64,000 nucleotides of DNA from a virus. The stretch lies in the IMG/VR virus record IMGVR_UViG_3300025141_012285, positions 20,072-84,071 of that record; one strand, 5' to 3'. Shown here in pieces: positions 1 through 9,003 of this stretch (its first letter is position 1; every line of letters starts with the position of its first letter). Under the pieces are notes generated by a model. The model saw only the letters and a program-made list of their open reading frames with translations, was not told the origin of the DNA and made no database searches. Made by a program: the position numbers and the translations under genes.

Positions 1-1
1 G

Positions 2-1486
2 TCGTTTGCAGCGCCGGTAGGCATGGATGCCACAGTGGGCGATTATGTCGAACAAGTGGTTAGGGGTTATGCTGAACAAGTTGGACTACCGGATGACGTT
101 ACGGAAAAACTTATTCTTTTAATGCTGAACCCAGAAGAAGCGAAAGAACAGGGGGTCACTGTTGTTAATCTCAAGAAAGGTCTTCCGAAAGAGCTACAAA
201 CTACTGTTTCTAATCTCGGATCTAAAACCAAATCTAGGAAATATATTGCCAGTGTCTTGAAACCGCTTGAAGTAGCCATTAGTGATTTTGCTATTGAGGT
301 TCTCCGCGGAGTTAAGAGTTATTTTGTCAGCGATAATGATGAAGAGGTTGCTCGGATGAGAGCAGAACTCGAACAGTCGATTGCTTATCTTAAAAATCTT
401 CAAGCATCTGGCGATGAAAAGATGGGTGAACTTATTGATGTTCAATTGGGGAAACTGGGAGACATTGAAAATCTCGCTTCTTCTATGGAAGGGGTTGTGT
501 TCGAATACCCGCCGGGCTCCGATAAAATTTACAAGCTCACGGGTGCGTTTGCGATGGCCAATCAAATTATTGGTAGAGCAAGGCGCTCAGGAATGACTGA
601 AGAAGAGGAACTCGATATCGATATCCTTGAAGATAATTACGACGGCGACAGCGACGAATGGTATGAACTAAGACACCAAATGGATCAGGAACTCGGAGAG
701 CCAGAAGAAGATGAATCAGACGATCCAGTAGTGGATGCCGATTATCCTAAGACTGTTGCTGTTGTTCCAGGGGCATTTAAACCACCTCACAAGGGGCATC
801 TAGATATGGTGCGGAAATATGCCAATATTGCCGACGAGGTCGTGGTAATTATTTCTAAGCCAACCAAGCAGGGTAGATATCTTCCGGATGGGAGAGAAAT
901 CACTTCCGCGGACTCTCTTAAAATATGGAATGCACTAACTTCGGACATACCCAATGTTAGAGTCGAGGCGTCCAAAGACCATGCATCTCCGATAACTGCA
1001 GCATATGATTTTATTGGTGACAAAGGTTCCTTAAACGTAGAAGATAAGGTTATTCTAGGGGCTAGCACCAAAGACGATGACTGGAAAAGATGGGTTGGGG
1101 CAGAAAAGTATGTCAAGGATGGAATAATATTGTTGGATCCTGAGAAGACCGCGGTTGGTCCTACAATGCGTGCTAGCGGCGAACCATATAGCGCCACTGA
1201 ATTTCGCACCGCACTTGGTAACCCAGAGAATCGTGAAGAGATTGCTGACTTTGTTGGTGAAGAAAACGTAGACGCTGTATTAGATATACTTGGTATCGGT
1301 GCTGTAGAAGAAACATCCGCTATGGGTGGTGGTGCCGTGGGAGGATTCTCGGGCCCTTTGGGATCTACGTCGGGTAAAAAGCGCAGAAATGCGCAACAAG
1401 ACACAATTATCAGACAAGAAAATATCGATTTAAGTATCGTTGATGAAGTTATGAAACTAATTACTGGAAGAGGCATTACACAATGA
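2..1486 (+). CDS. 5'-truncated protein: ligase/nucleotidyltransferase-like N-terminal part fused to a HIGH-motif cytidylyltransferase-like domain
   Basis: Frame is open from the window edge (no stop before ATG at 23). VVPGAFKPPHKGH is a HxGH nucleotidyltransferase motif and YSATEFR is KMSKS-like. Upstream EGVVF...IYKLTG resembles ligase motifs IV/V. Confidence 0.65.
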   Translation, partial: SFAAPVGMDATVGDYVEQVVRGYAEQVGLPDDVTEKLILLMLNPEEAKEQGVTVVNLKKGLPKELQTTVSNLGSKTKSRKYIASVLKPLEVAISDFAIEVLRGVKSYFVSDNDEEVARMRAELEQSIAYLKNLQASGDEKMGELIDVQLGKLGDIENLASSMEGVVFEYPPGSDKIYKLTGAFAMANQIIGRARRSGMTEEEELDIDILEDNYDGDSDEWYELRHQMDQELGEPEEDESDDPVVDADYPKTVAVVPGAFKPPHKGHLDMVRKYANIADEVVVIISKPTKQGRYLPDGREITSADSLKIWNALTSDIPNVRVEASKDHASPITAAYDFIGDKGSLNVEDKVILGASTKDDDWKRWVGAEKYVKDGIILLDPEKTAVGPTMRASGEPYSATEFRTALGNPENREEIADFVGEENVDAVLDILGIGAVEETSAMGGGAVGGFSGPLGSTSGKKRRNAQQDTIIRQENIDLSIVDEVMKLITGRGITQ

Positions 1487-2241
1487 ACCAAGAAGAGAAA
1501 ACCCTTAGAGAGAGTATAAGACATTTAATCCGACATGTCAAACAAAAAAAGCTGACTGAAGAAAATCATTTGCGTGTCATTATCCGCAAGATGATGGACT
1601 TCGATTTAGCCGAGGGCCAGACACCTGATGTGGATCCGGCGCCCAATAAATCTACAGGGATCAATGTACTTGAAGAACTCCTTAAAAAGATTATACCAAT
1701 TCTGGAGACAGATTACAAGTCTTTAACGACAAATCCCGATCAGAGAGAGTCTTACAGGGCCCATATTATCAATGCTGTCGACAACTCACTAACTCCAGCC
1801 AAATTAAACAACCAAGCCGGCGAGATGGCCGCAGAGGTAGATGAGGAGATTGAAATCAATGTGGGTGATGATACTGGCGATGACAAGTTTATCGATATCC
1901 GCACGGATGCCGAAAAATCTGCAGACGAAGAAGAAGAAGAGGAAGACCCGCGTAGTACCTTCGGTGGTGATGTAGAGGGCAACGAGACCGGTCGGAATGT
2001 GGCCTACCAGTCCTATAAAAAAATAGAAAGCACTATTCTTGATGCTTATGAGTTATTGGCAGATCCAGAAGACCAAGAGCTTTTTTACGATTATCTTATC
2101 GCCAACTTAAAGTTATATTTTGAAAAGTTTGAGGAAGAGTTGGCTAGCCAAGTTGAAGAGCCAACAAATCAAGCTTATGACATGGCGAAATCTGAAGAGC
2201 CTACACAAGCTGCTGAAGATGATATAGAATTAGAGTTATAA
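1483..2241 (+). CDS. Hypothetical acidic phage protein
   Basis: 252-aa ORF, ATGA overlap with the previous gene, D/E-rich, no recognised motif. Confidence 0.6.
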   Translation: MNQEEKTLRESIRHLIRHVKQKKLTEENHLRVIIRKMMDFDLAEGQTPDVDPAPNKSTGINVLEELLKKIIPILETDYKSLTTNPDQRESYRAHIINAVDNSLTPAKLNNQAGEMAAEVDEEIEINVGDDTGDDKFIDIRTDAEKSADEEEEEEDPRSTFGGDVEGNETGRNVAYQSYKKIESTILDAYELLADPEDQELFYDYLIANLKLYFEKFEEELASQVEEPTNQAYDMAKSEEPTQAAEDDIELEL

Positions 2242-2254
2242 CAGAGGAACGATT

Positions 2255-2578
2255 ATGCCAGGAGCCGATCAAGAACCGCCACCGGATTTTACAGCATGGG
2301 AGTCAGACGACGAAATATTAGATGCATTCACCACTGGCGGCGACTTCGGGCTGGTGCCGATGAATGCACCCGAAGCAACATTAGCTTCAGTAATCTTTAA
2401 GGTAGATGGCGGCGAAGATGAACTAGAAGACCCGGTACCGGATAACCGGACTCAGGAAGAAAAAGAGAAGCAAGCAGAAATGACGGCCGAAGCCGATGTG
2501 CAGACCATTTACCGCGCAGCAAGACTGGCGGCGGCCTTTCAAGCCTATATAGAGACCAAATTGGCGGAGCAAGGATAA
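2255..2578 (+). CDS. Hypothetical protein
   Basis: 107-aa ORF preceded by a GAGG RBS. Confidence 0.55.
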   Translation: MPGADQEPPPDFTAWESDDEILDAFTTGGDFGLVPMNAPEATLASVIFKVDGGEDELEDPVPDNRTQEEKEKQAEMTAEADVQTIYRAARLAAAFQAYIETKLAEQG

Positions 2579-2596
2579 CTTTTTAGCTTTTTTAAT

Positions 2597-2625
2597 TTGA
2601 CAAAATTGAAAATCCTTATTATAAT
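2597..2625 (+). promoter_or_regulatory. Consensus sigma70 promoter
   Basis: TTGACA (2597-2602), 17 nt spacer, TATAAT (2620-2625), intergenic, 30 nt before ATG at 2656. Confidence 0.85.
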
Positions 2626-2655
2626 AAATTTGTGTTCTGCTTGTGATGGTTAAGA

Positions 2656-3000
2656 ATGTCAGTACAATCAAAGAAGATCACAACTAAATTTAAAAGTATA
2701 ATTAAGAAATTAAAAGATCAAAATAGAATTGATGATAGGTCTTTAGTTTATATTAATAATTTAACTTTAGAAGATTTGCTAGCAGTCAAGTTTGAACTAG
2801 CAGCCAATCATATAAATAATAGACTTTATGGTTTTGATATCTGGCGCGCTATGCCTCATATAGTCAAAGAAGCAACACTGAAATTTGCTATCTCAACCAC
2901 CAAGTCTAAGAAAGATGCATCCAGATTTTTAGGATTAACGTATTTAGAATTTCTAAATATGTGTAAGAAGTATAAAATTGACAACTTCTTCAACCAATAA
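2656..3000 (+). CDS. Small basic protein with C-terminal Fis/NtrC-type HTH
   Basis: C-terminal TKSKKDASRFLGLTYLEFLNMCKKYKI matches the HTH_8 pattern (xxAAxxLGIxxxTLxxKxKKY). Confidence 0.6.
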   Translation: MSVQSKKITTKFKSIIKKLKDQNRIDDRSLVYINNLTLEDLLAVKFELAANHINNRLYGFDIWRAMPHIVKEATLKFAISTTKSKKDASRFLGLTYLEFLNMCKKYKIDNFFNQ

Positions 3001-3015
3001 ATAAGGATTAAAAAT

Positions 3016-3588
3016 ATGGGGTTTATATTAGCATTACTGCTTGGATGTCCTGCAGAGCTTAAAGTAGCTGGGGATACAGCCACTGATGTTGTAGTGGTAC
3101 CGCCTGAGTTAGGTATTCACGTAACAGAAACATGTGGCCAAACAGCCATTGGAGATACAGCATGCAACTTTGCGCTGTTAGATCAAAATGAAGAGTTTTG
3201 GCAGCTTTACCATGAGGAAGGAAAAATAGTAGTGTTAGATTTTAGTACGAGTTGGTGTGGACCGTGTCAAGCAGCCGGAAACTCTACTCAATCTTTACAA
3301 AACGACTACGAAGGAAAAGTTGCAATCGTAACAATATTAATCGAAGGGCCTCAGTCTGGTATTGCGCCAACAACCGAAGATATTGATGACTGGGTGAGTG
3401 GCCATGGTATCACCTCCGCACCCATATTACAGGGTTCTCGTGAACTTATGCTTGACACAACAGGAGTAAGCGGTTATTCTATTAGTGCGTTTCCTACTTA
3501 CATATATCTATCCAAAGGAAGAATATATGGAGGACATTCAGGATTTAGCGAAGAATATGTCAGACAAGTTCTAGATGGAATGTTGTAA
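3016..3588 (+). CDS. TlpA/ResA-like thioredoxin-fold lipoprotein
   Basis: Lipobox-like LALLLGC N-terminus, VVLDFSTSWCGPC active site, cis-Pro motif AFPTY. Confidence 0.8.
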   Translation: MGFILALLLGCPAELKVAGDTATDVVVVPPELGIHVTETCGQTAIGDTACNFALLDQNEEFWQLYHEEGKIVVLDFSTSWCGPCQAAGNSTQSLQNDYEGKVAIVTILIEGPQSGIAPTTEDIDDWVSGHGITSAPILQGSRELMLDTTGVSGYSISAFPTYIYLSKGRIYGGHSGFSEEYVRQVLDGML

Positions 3589-3842
3589 TGTGGAAAGTAT
3601 ATAAATGGAACGGAAAGTACATTCAAGGTGACTTTATAAGTCAACATTCTACAGAAAAAGCTGCACTTGGAAAAGCAAAAAAGAAGATTAATTATTCAAG
3701 AGCCACGAAGAGCAAACTGCCCACATTTAAGGCCCGCGGCGAAACAGTCATCTGGCTAGATAAAGAAGATGGTACTCCAATAGGAATGATCATTAAAAAA
3801 ACAAGAAAGAAAAAAGGGGATGCAATGGCTTCGACAGAGTAA
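3588..3842 (+). CDS. Hypothetical basic protein (3' end overlaps tmRNA)
   Basis: 84-aa ORF with TAATG coupling to the upstream gene. Confidence 0.5.
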   Translation: MWKVYKWNGKYIQGDFISQHSTEKAALGKAKKKINYSRATKSKLPTFKARGETVIWLDKEDGTPIGMIIKKTRKKKGDAMASTE

Positions 3843-4162
3843 GAAAGAGGAATAGTGCAAGCAGTCAAAACGTACCAGCAGACTCTAAACGCAGATACAA
3901 AACATAATTGCTAATAACAATAACCACTTCGAATCTGTCCGCTTAGCGGCTTAATCGGGAGGCTGCTCAAAGCCTTCTATCCAATTTGAGCAAAACAACA
4001 GACAAGTTGTAAAAATCAAACCACCCATCGTAATATGGTAGTGAGCGATGTGGAACAAACTACCTCCACTTGGCTGTATGTGTAGTATAAACGGTCTAAG
4101 CTTGTGAATGACTACAATTAGACTTATTCTGGACGCGGGTTCGATTCCCGCCGTCTCCACCA
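3816..4162 (+). ncRNA. ssrA: tmRNA (transfer-messenger RNA)
   Basis: 5' GGGGATG pairs with 3' CGTCTCC-A-CCA including the G3:U alanine identity pair. GGCTTCGAC D-loop-like motif, T-arm GCGGG-TTCGATT-CCCGC, and tag ORF 3910-3954 encoding ANNNNHFESVRLAA*. Confidence 0.95.
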
Positions 4163-4210
4163 TTTTGTTTATTTTTAACTATTTATATTATATACGTGAG
4201 AGGTTATAAT

Positions 4211-4405
4211 ATGTTTAGGTGGAAAGAATTATGGAAAAAATCTGATGTTACATCGCCCGGCGAAAGCCCCATTAACGATCAAATGGAACAGGCATTATGG
4301 GATATCAAAGACATGTATGATTTTGAAACCGAAGAAATCGACCGCGTTGTTTCTCAAAAAAGAACCAACATTGAAAAAATGAAATCTAGAATCAAAAACA
4401 AATAG
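4211..4405 (+). CDS. Hypothetical protein
   Basis: ATG at 4211 after a GAGAGG RBS, 64 aa. Confidence 0.5.
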   Translation: MFRWKELWKKSDVTSPGESPINDQMEQALWDIKDMYDFETEEIDRVVSQKRTNIEKMKSRIKNK

Positions 4406-4448
4406 ATTTTATTTACCAAGCTCGATACATACTTTAGAGGCCAATATA

Positions 4449-4940
4449 GTGAATATTTCCATTGCATTTTACAAAGGTAAAGGTAATCTCCTAAACAAAA
4501 TTGTAAGATTATGGACGAAAAGCATATATAGTCATGCAGAACTAGTATTGGATGATAAAGAAACATGGATAAGTATTAGTCCGAAACTGTGTTCAAAAAT
4601 CGAAAGTACCATTCCACTTTTAATAGATCATACGCAGTGGGATATTATAGAACTTGAAGTCAATGAAGAACAATATCAAACTATTCTAGAGTTTTATGAA
4701 GAAACTGCCGGCTGTGGTTATGACTGGATTGGTATGCTGTGCTCTCAGTTTTTACCTTTTAGAATAAAAACAAAAAATCGATGGTATTGTAGTGAGTGGA
4801 TTGCATATGCACTTAGGATAGCATGCATCATCGATTGGAAGATTATTAAAATTTATGATAGAAAAGATCTCTCGCCCGGTGTATTATACAATATTATACA
4901 ACAGGTAAAAGACGATGAAAGCAAGAAAATACAAAGTTGA
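4449..4940 (+). CDS. Permuted papain-like amidase (YiiX/YebB, peptidase C92-like)
   Basis: His-before-Cys order: YSHAELV ... GYDWIG ... WYCSEWIAYAL ... LSPG. Confidence 0.8.
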   Translation: MNISIAFYKGKGNLLNKIVRLWTKSIYSHAELVLDDKETWISISPKLCSKIESTIPLLIDHTQWDIIELEVNEEQYQTILEFYEETAGCGYDWIGMLCSQFLPFRIKTKNRWYCSEWIAYALRIACIIDWKIIKIYDRKDLSPGVLYNIIQQVKDDESKKIQS

Positions 4941-5121
4941 TCAATGGGTTATCTACAGCGTTAGGGCGAAACATCCCGATGATGATCAACACAGCTTAAA
5001 AGCTGTTGTTTTAAATATTCGCCCTATAGAAGATTATTATGATTATGAGATTTACATTGAAGAAATGAAGAAATTTAAAAAAGTTAGAGAAGAACACCTT
5101 TTTCCGTTGAAACAATTTTAA
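4915..5121 (+). CDS. Small hypothetical protein (possible SH3-like fold)
   Basis: 68 aa with a YKVDQWV...VREEHL pattern. Confidence 0.45.
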   Translation: MKARKYKVDQWVIYSVRAKHPDDDQHSLKAVVLNIRPIEDYYDYEIYIEEMKKFKKVREEHLFPLKQF

Positions 5122-5134
5122 AACATGTTATACT
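5107..5134 (+). promoter_or_regulatory. Putative sigma70 promoter (extended -10)
   Basis: TTGAAA, 16 nt spacer, TATACT with TG one base upstream, just before the PMM gene. Confidence 0.55.
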
Positions 5135-5152
5135 GGACTTGATTAAAAAGAT

Positions 5153-5944
5153 ATGCACAATTTAATACTATTCGATGTTGATGGAACCTTAACAGAATCT
5201 CGTGAACATCTTAAGACCAAAATGCTAAAAGCCCTCCGAGCGCTTTGCAGGCATGCCGAAATAGGATTTTTGACTGGCAGCGGTTTAGAATATATTAAAG
5301 AACAGTTGTGGCCGGCCCTTAATGACCCGATTATTAAACATAACTGTCACTTGCTCCCATGCAACGGTACCGAATACCTGATTACCGAGGGAGATGAAGA
5401 AATCATATTTAATCCTATTTCAAAGGCCCTCATGGAAGAAGAGATAGGTTCTGGGATGCTCCAAGAATTAATGAAGTTACTTTGCGAACTGCAAGCCCAG
5501 ATTGTGAATGAGTATAAAATACCTTTGGCCGGCGGTTTTATCCAAAATCGCCAATCAATGATCAATTGGTGCCCTATTGGGAGAACCTCTCAAAAGGATG
5601 CTCGACAGGCATTTAAGATTTTAGATGACAAGCTCGGTATCCGCCGAAAGTATTTTGATATTTTAAACGCAGAGATGAAAAAGCAGAAGATTAGTCTTAT
5701 ATCAAAGCTTGGCGGCGACACCTCTTTTGATATTTACCCCCATGGGTGGGATAAGACGTATGCGTTAAATCATTTTAATGAAAAAGAGTGGAACTTTTGG
5801 TTTGTAGGAGATCGATGTTACCCCGCGGGAAACGATTACGAAATCTTTGAACACCTTAAGGAGACCGGGCGCGCCTTTGAAACGTCGGGCCCCCAAGAGA
5901 CATTAGAGATAATAGATTTCCATATTTTAAGAGATATGGTATAA
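5153..5944 (+). CDS. HAD-family (eukaryote Sec53/PMM-type) phosphomannomutase
   Basis: LFDVDGTLT, MINWCPIGR, GGDTSFDIYPHGWDKTYAL and FVGDR..GNDYEI match alpha-PMM motifs. Confidence 0.85.
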   Translation: MHNLILFDVDGTLTESREHLKTKMLKALRALCRHAEIGFLTGSGLEYIKEQLWPALNDPIIKHNCHLLPCNGTEYLITEGDEEIIFNPISKALMEEEIGSGMLQELMKLLCELQAQIVNEYKIPLAGGFIQNRQSMINWCPIGRTSQKDARQAFKILDDKLGIRRKYFDILNAEMKKQKISLISKLGGDTSFDIYPHGWDKTYALNHFNEKEWNFWFVGDRCYPAGNDYEIFEHLKETGRAFETSGPQETLEIIDFHILRDMV

Positions 5945-5955
5945 GGACAAATAAA

Positions 5956-6450
5956 ATGGCAGTAGATACAAATGATAAAGATAAAAGACCAACAGTGATG
6001 GTTTCAGGTGGCTTTGATCCAGTGCACGTTGGACATATTCGAATGATCAGAGATGCAGCACAATACGGAGATGTAATCGTTGTAGCAAACTCAGATCAAT
6101 GGTTACACAACAAAAAGGGTTTTGTTTTTATGGAGTTTGATAAGCGCTCCGAGATCCTTAGTGCGATTAAAGGAGTGATTGTCGTTGACTCGGTTGATGA
6201 TACAGATGGAACAGTATGCGAAGCAATCCGCCGACACAAACCTGACTTTTTTGCTAATGGTGGAGACCGCGGGAAATCTAATACTCCGGAGCAGTCAATA
6301 TGTGAAGAGATGGGAGTTGAGCTTTTGTGGGAAATCGGTGGAGACTATAAAGCCGACGCCTCATCAAACCTTGTGGAGCGATTTAGAAAAAATACAGAAA
6401 ATAACGATGTAGCCCCTCAAAGAACCAAAGTTAAGCACTCTAGGCGCTAA
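5956..6450 (+). CDS. Cytidylyltransferase-like protein (TagD/RfaE/RibL family)
   Basis: SGGFDPVHVGH HxGH motif, VVANSD, FANGGDR, terminal SS. Confidence 0.8.
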   Translation: MAVDTNDKDKRPTVMVSGGFDPVHVGHIRMIRDAAQYGDVIVVANSDQWLHNKKGFVFMEFDKRSEILSAIKGVIVVDSVDDTDGTVCEAIRRHKPDFFANGGDRGKSNTPEQSICEEMGVELLWEIGGDYKADASSNLVERFRKNTENNDVAPQRTKVKHSRR

Positions 6451-6511
6451 TCCAACTCCGATGTATTAAACAACTTAATGACTTATGGAAAAACTATTTA
6501 TGGGATTTTAG

Positions 6512-6540
6512 TTGACAAATCTTTCATATAAGGTTAAAGT
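6512..6540 (+). promoter_or_regulatory. Putative sigma70 promoter
   Basis: TTGACA, 17 nt spacer, TAAAGT, then an AGGAG RBS and ATG at 6563. Confidence 0.65.
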
Positions 6541-6562
6541 AAGTAAAGAATAGGAGAAAAAC

Positions 6563-7039
6563 ATGTCTGTTGTAAAAAGACTAAAATCACTAAAGTTACC
6601 AGAAGACGCTATGGTAACTCTCACGTATGAAGAAGGTACTGACGTATTTGTTCATAATGAAACTGAAGTTGAGGATGCGATGAACAACACGAGTGTTATT
6701 AGTGAATATGCTGCCCTCATCGCACATAGTAAGCTAGATGCCCGCAATCGATGGAATGGGAACGTCCTTCAACATCTGCGCGCTCAAGACTATCTGGAGG
6801 AGTATGAGCGAGGCACATACGGCTTTGAAGAGTTCCTGACCGCAACATTGTCAGAAAACTTCTACGATCACGAATTGATTGGATATTCAACTGAGAAGTA
6901 TGATTACAAGCGCGGCTTTACCACCTTAACTGCTGCCGTTGAGATTCCGGTATCAAATTTTGTTGAAGTTGACCCATTCGTGGCCGGCTGGACTATTTCT
7001 GTGAAAACAGAAAATGGTACTTTAAGTTTTGATGTTTAA
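6563..7039 (+). CDS. Hypothetical protein
   Basis: 158-aa ORF with a strong RBS. Confidence 0.6.
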   Translation: MSVVKRLKSLKLPEDAMVTLTYEEGTDVFVHNETEVEDAMNNTSVISEYAALIAHSKLDARNRWNGNVLQHLRAQDYLEEYERGTYGFEEFLTATLSENFYDHELIGYSTEKYDYKRGFTTLTAAVEIPVSNFVEVDPFVAGWTISVKTENGTLSFDV

Positions 7040-7069
7040 TGCTTACTTGTGCGCTTTAAGTGCCCTTGG

Positions 7070-7145
7070 TGGGGTGTAGTTCAATTGGCAGAACGTCGGA
7101 CTGTTAATCCGGAGGTTGTTGGTTCAAGTCCAGCCGCCCCAGCCA
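7070..7145 (+). tRNA. tRNA-Asn(GTT)
   Basis: Acceptor stem TGGGGTG/CGCCCCA, anticodon arm TCGGA-ctGTTaa-TCCGG, GGTTCAAGTCC T-loop, encoded CCA. Confidence 0.93.
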
Positions 7146-7149
7146 CTTT

Positions 7150-7224
<75 letters not shown>

Positions 7225-7252
7225 TTTTTGCACTGAGCCCATAGTTACTTAT

Positions 7253-7402
7253 ATGGAAGCAGCGGCCGAATTAATGGTTTTAGCAATGGCGATGTTTTTA
7301 GCCGCCTTTTTTTGCCTAAGAGTTCTATGTTTACCACACGCAACACCTGTTATTGTAGACAAGGCTTATGAAGCTGAAGAAGCAATATACCAAGAACGAT
7401 AA
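7253..7402 (+). CDS. Small predicted single-pass membrane protein (49 aa, not in ORF track)
   Basis: Manual translation MEAAAELMVLAMAMFLAAFFCLRVLCLPHATPVIVDKAYEAEEAIYQER*, fills the gap after the tRNAs and follows a TAGTTA motif. Confidence 0.5.
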   Translation: MEAAAELMVLAMAMFLAAFFCLRVLCLPHATPVIVDKAYEAEEAIYQER

Positions 7403-7622
7403 GGTTCTTGTAAAAACGTTTGCGGGCCCAGACGTCTGTGTAACACTCAAAGAAAGATATATTGCCTCTAAATCCGAACTCCAACTTGGAGTAGACGGCT
7501 GGGACGCACAAATTTATAAACAAAAAGATGTTGAAAAGTTACGCAAGTGTGGTGTACCATACACAAAGGGCGAAAAGCCAATGGTTTTTGTGCCTGATCG
7601 GCAAATAATCAAAAAATGCTAA
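7368..7622 (+). CDS. Hypothetical protein
   Basis: 84-aa ORF. Confidence 0.5.
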   Translation: MKLKKQYTKNDKVLVKTFAGPDVCVTLKERYIASKSELQLGVDGWDAQIYKQKDVEKLRKCGVPYTKGEKPMVFVPDRQIIKKC

Positions 7623-7664
7623 CAGTCTGATACATCATACTAGTTATAGACACAAAGGGAAGGC

Positions 7665-9002
7665 ATGGCTACCAAAAAGAACTATGTGCTCGACACGAGT
7701 GTGTATTTAACCGAAGCTAGTTCCGTATTGAAGTTTGGAAGAAACGATATTTTCGTACCGCTTAAAGTGCTAGAAGAGATCGACGGACATAAGAAGCGCC
7801 AAGATTCCGTTGGCGCCAACGCACGCCACTTTGTTCGAATTTTAGATGAATTGCGTACCAAAGGATCGCTTGAAAAAGGCGTAAGGATCGACAAGGGGCT
7901 TGGGATATTAAGGGTCATGTCTTATAGTTGTCTTAAAGAGGCTATATTTCCTCCTGATTTAGATATTCGTCACCCCGACCATGCTATAATAGCAACGGCT
8001 AAAGCTGTTCAGATAAATGAGCCTGAAAAGAAAACAATCTTGGTCTCTCGTGATATTAATATGCGAGTTATCTGTGATTCAATTGGCATGCCGGCCGAAG
8101 ACTACACATCTGAAAGGGCCGTAAAATCTTCAGACGAATTATACAATGGATTTGTCATTCAATCAGTGGATGAACAAGTCATCGATCGCTATTATGATGG
8201 TGACGCTATAACCATAGCAGAAGATGAAACGGATGAACTTTGGTATCCTAACCAATATATAATGATGGTTTCCAACTCTAATGAAAAGAAATCAGCTTTG
8301 GCTAAATTTGAAAGCCACCACGCTCCTTTGAAAAAAGTAATCCATAAGAATATTCCTGATTGGAAAATAGAATCCCGCAATAAAGAACAAGCATTCGCAA
8401 TTGATATGTTAATGAATCCCAACATTAAGATTGTGTCCCTTGTTGGGCGCGCCGGCTCCGGAAAAACTCTTATGGCCGTAGCTGCTGGGTTACAACAGAC
8501 AATAGGATTACGCTCGGACGAAAACCACTATGATCGTTTGATAGTCTCAAGACCGGTCCAACCTCTTGGGAAGGATATTGGGTTCCTTCCCGGCACCATG
8601 CAAGAAAAGATGTTGCCATGGCTGATGCCAATTCAAGATAACTTAAAGTTTTTAATGGGAGATAGAACTTCATTGGAAATGTATATGGATAAGGGAAAGA
8701 TTGAAGTAGAGGCGTTAACGTACATTAGAGGGCGTTCAATCGCTAACGCGTACATTGTCATAGACGAGGCTCAAAACCTCACCAAACACGAAGTAAAGAC
8801 GATTATCACCCGTATTGGAGAGGGTTCGAAGATAATACTCACAGGAGATATTGAACAAATCGATAATGTGTATGTAAATGAGACTTCCAACGGTCTCGCC
8901 CATGCTATTGAGAAATTTAAAGAGTATCCAATAGCCGGCCATGTTACATTTCGAAAAGGCGAGAGATCTGAGTTGGCAACGCTAGCGTCTAAAGTTTTGT
9001 AA
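7665..9002 (+). CDS. phoH: PIN-domain PhoH family ATPase (YlaK/PhoH2 type)
   Basis: N-terminal PIN (YVLDTSV, VLEEID, DHAII, SRDINMR), Walker A GRAGSGKT, IGFLPG, YIRGRS, IVIDEAQN, LTGDIEQID. Confidence 0.92.
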   Translation: MATKKNYVLDTSVYLTEASSVLKFGRNDIFVPLKVLEEIDGHKKRQDSVGANARHFVRILDELRTKGSLEKGVRIDKGLGILRVMSYSCLKEAIFPPDLDIRHPDHAIIATAKAVQINEPEKKTILVSRDINMRVICDSIGMPAEDYTSERAVKSSDELYNGFVIQSVDEQVIDRYYDGDAITIAEDETDELWYPNQYIMMVSNSNEKKSALAKFESHHAPLKKVIHKNIPDWKIESRNKEQAFAIDMLMNPNIKIVSLVGRAGSGKTLMAVAAGLQQTIGLRSDENHYDRLIVSRPVQPLGKDIGFLPGTMQEKMLPWLMPIQDNLKFLMGDRTSLEMYMDKGKIEVEALTYIRGRSIANAYIVIDEAQNLTKHEVKTIITRIGEGSKIILTGDIEQIDNVYVNETSNGLAHAIEKFKEYPIAGHVTFRKGERSELATLASKVL

Positions 9003-9003
9003 A

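Noticed and set aside
3951-4163. Minus-strand 70-aa ORF (MVETAGIEPAS...)
   Set aside because: Antisense shadow of the tmRNA 3' tRNA-like domain
7288-7313. Possible rho-independent terminator (GGCG...CGCC followed by a T-run) after the tRNAs
   Set aside because: The stem is only about 4 bp with a long loop and lies inside a plausible small ORF
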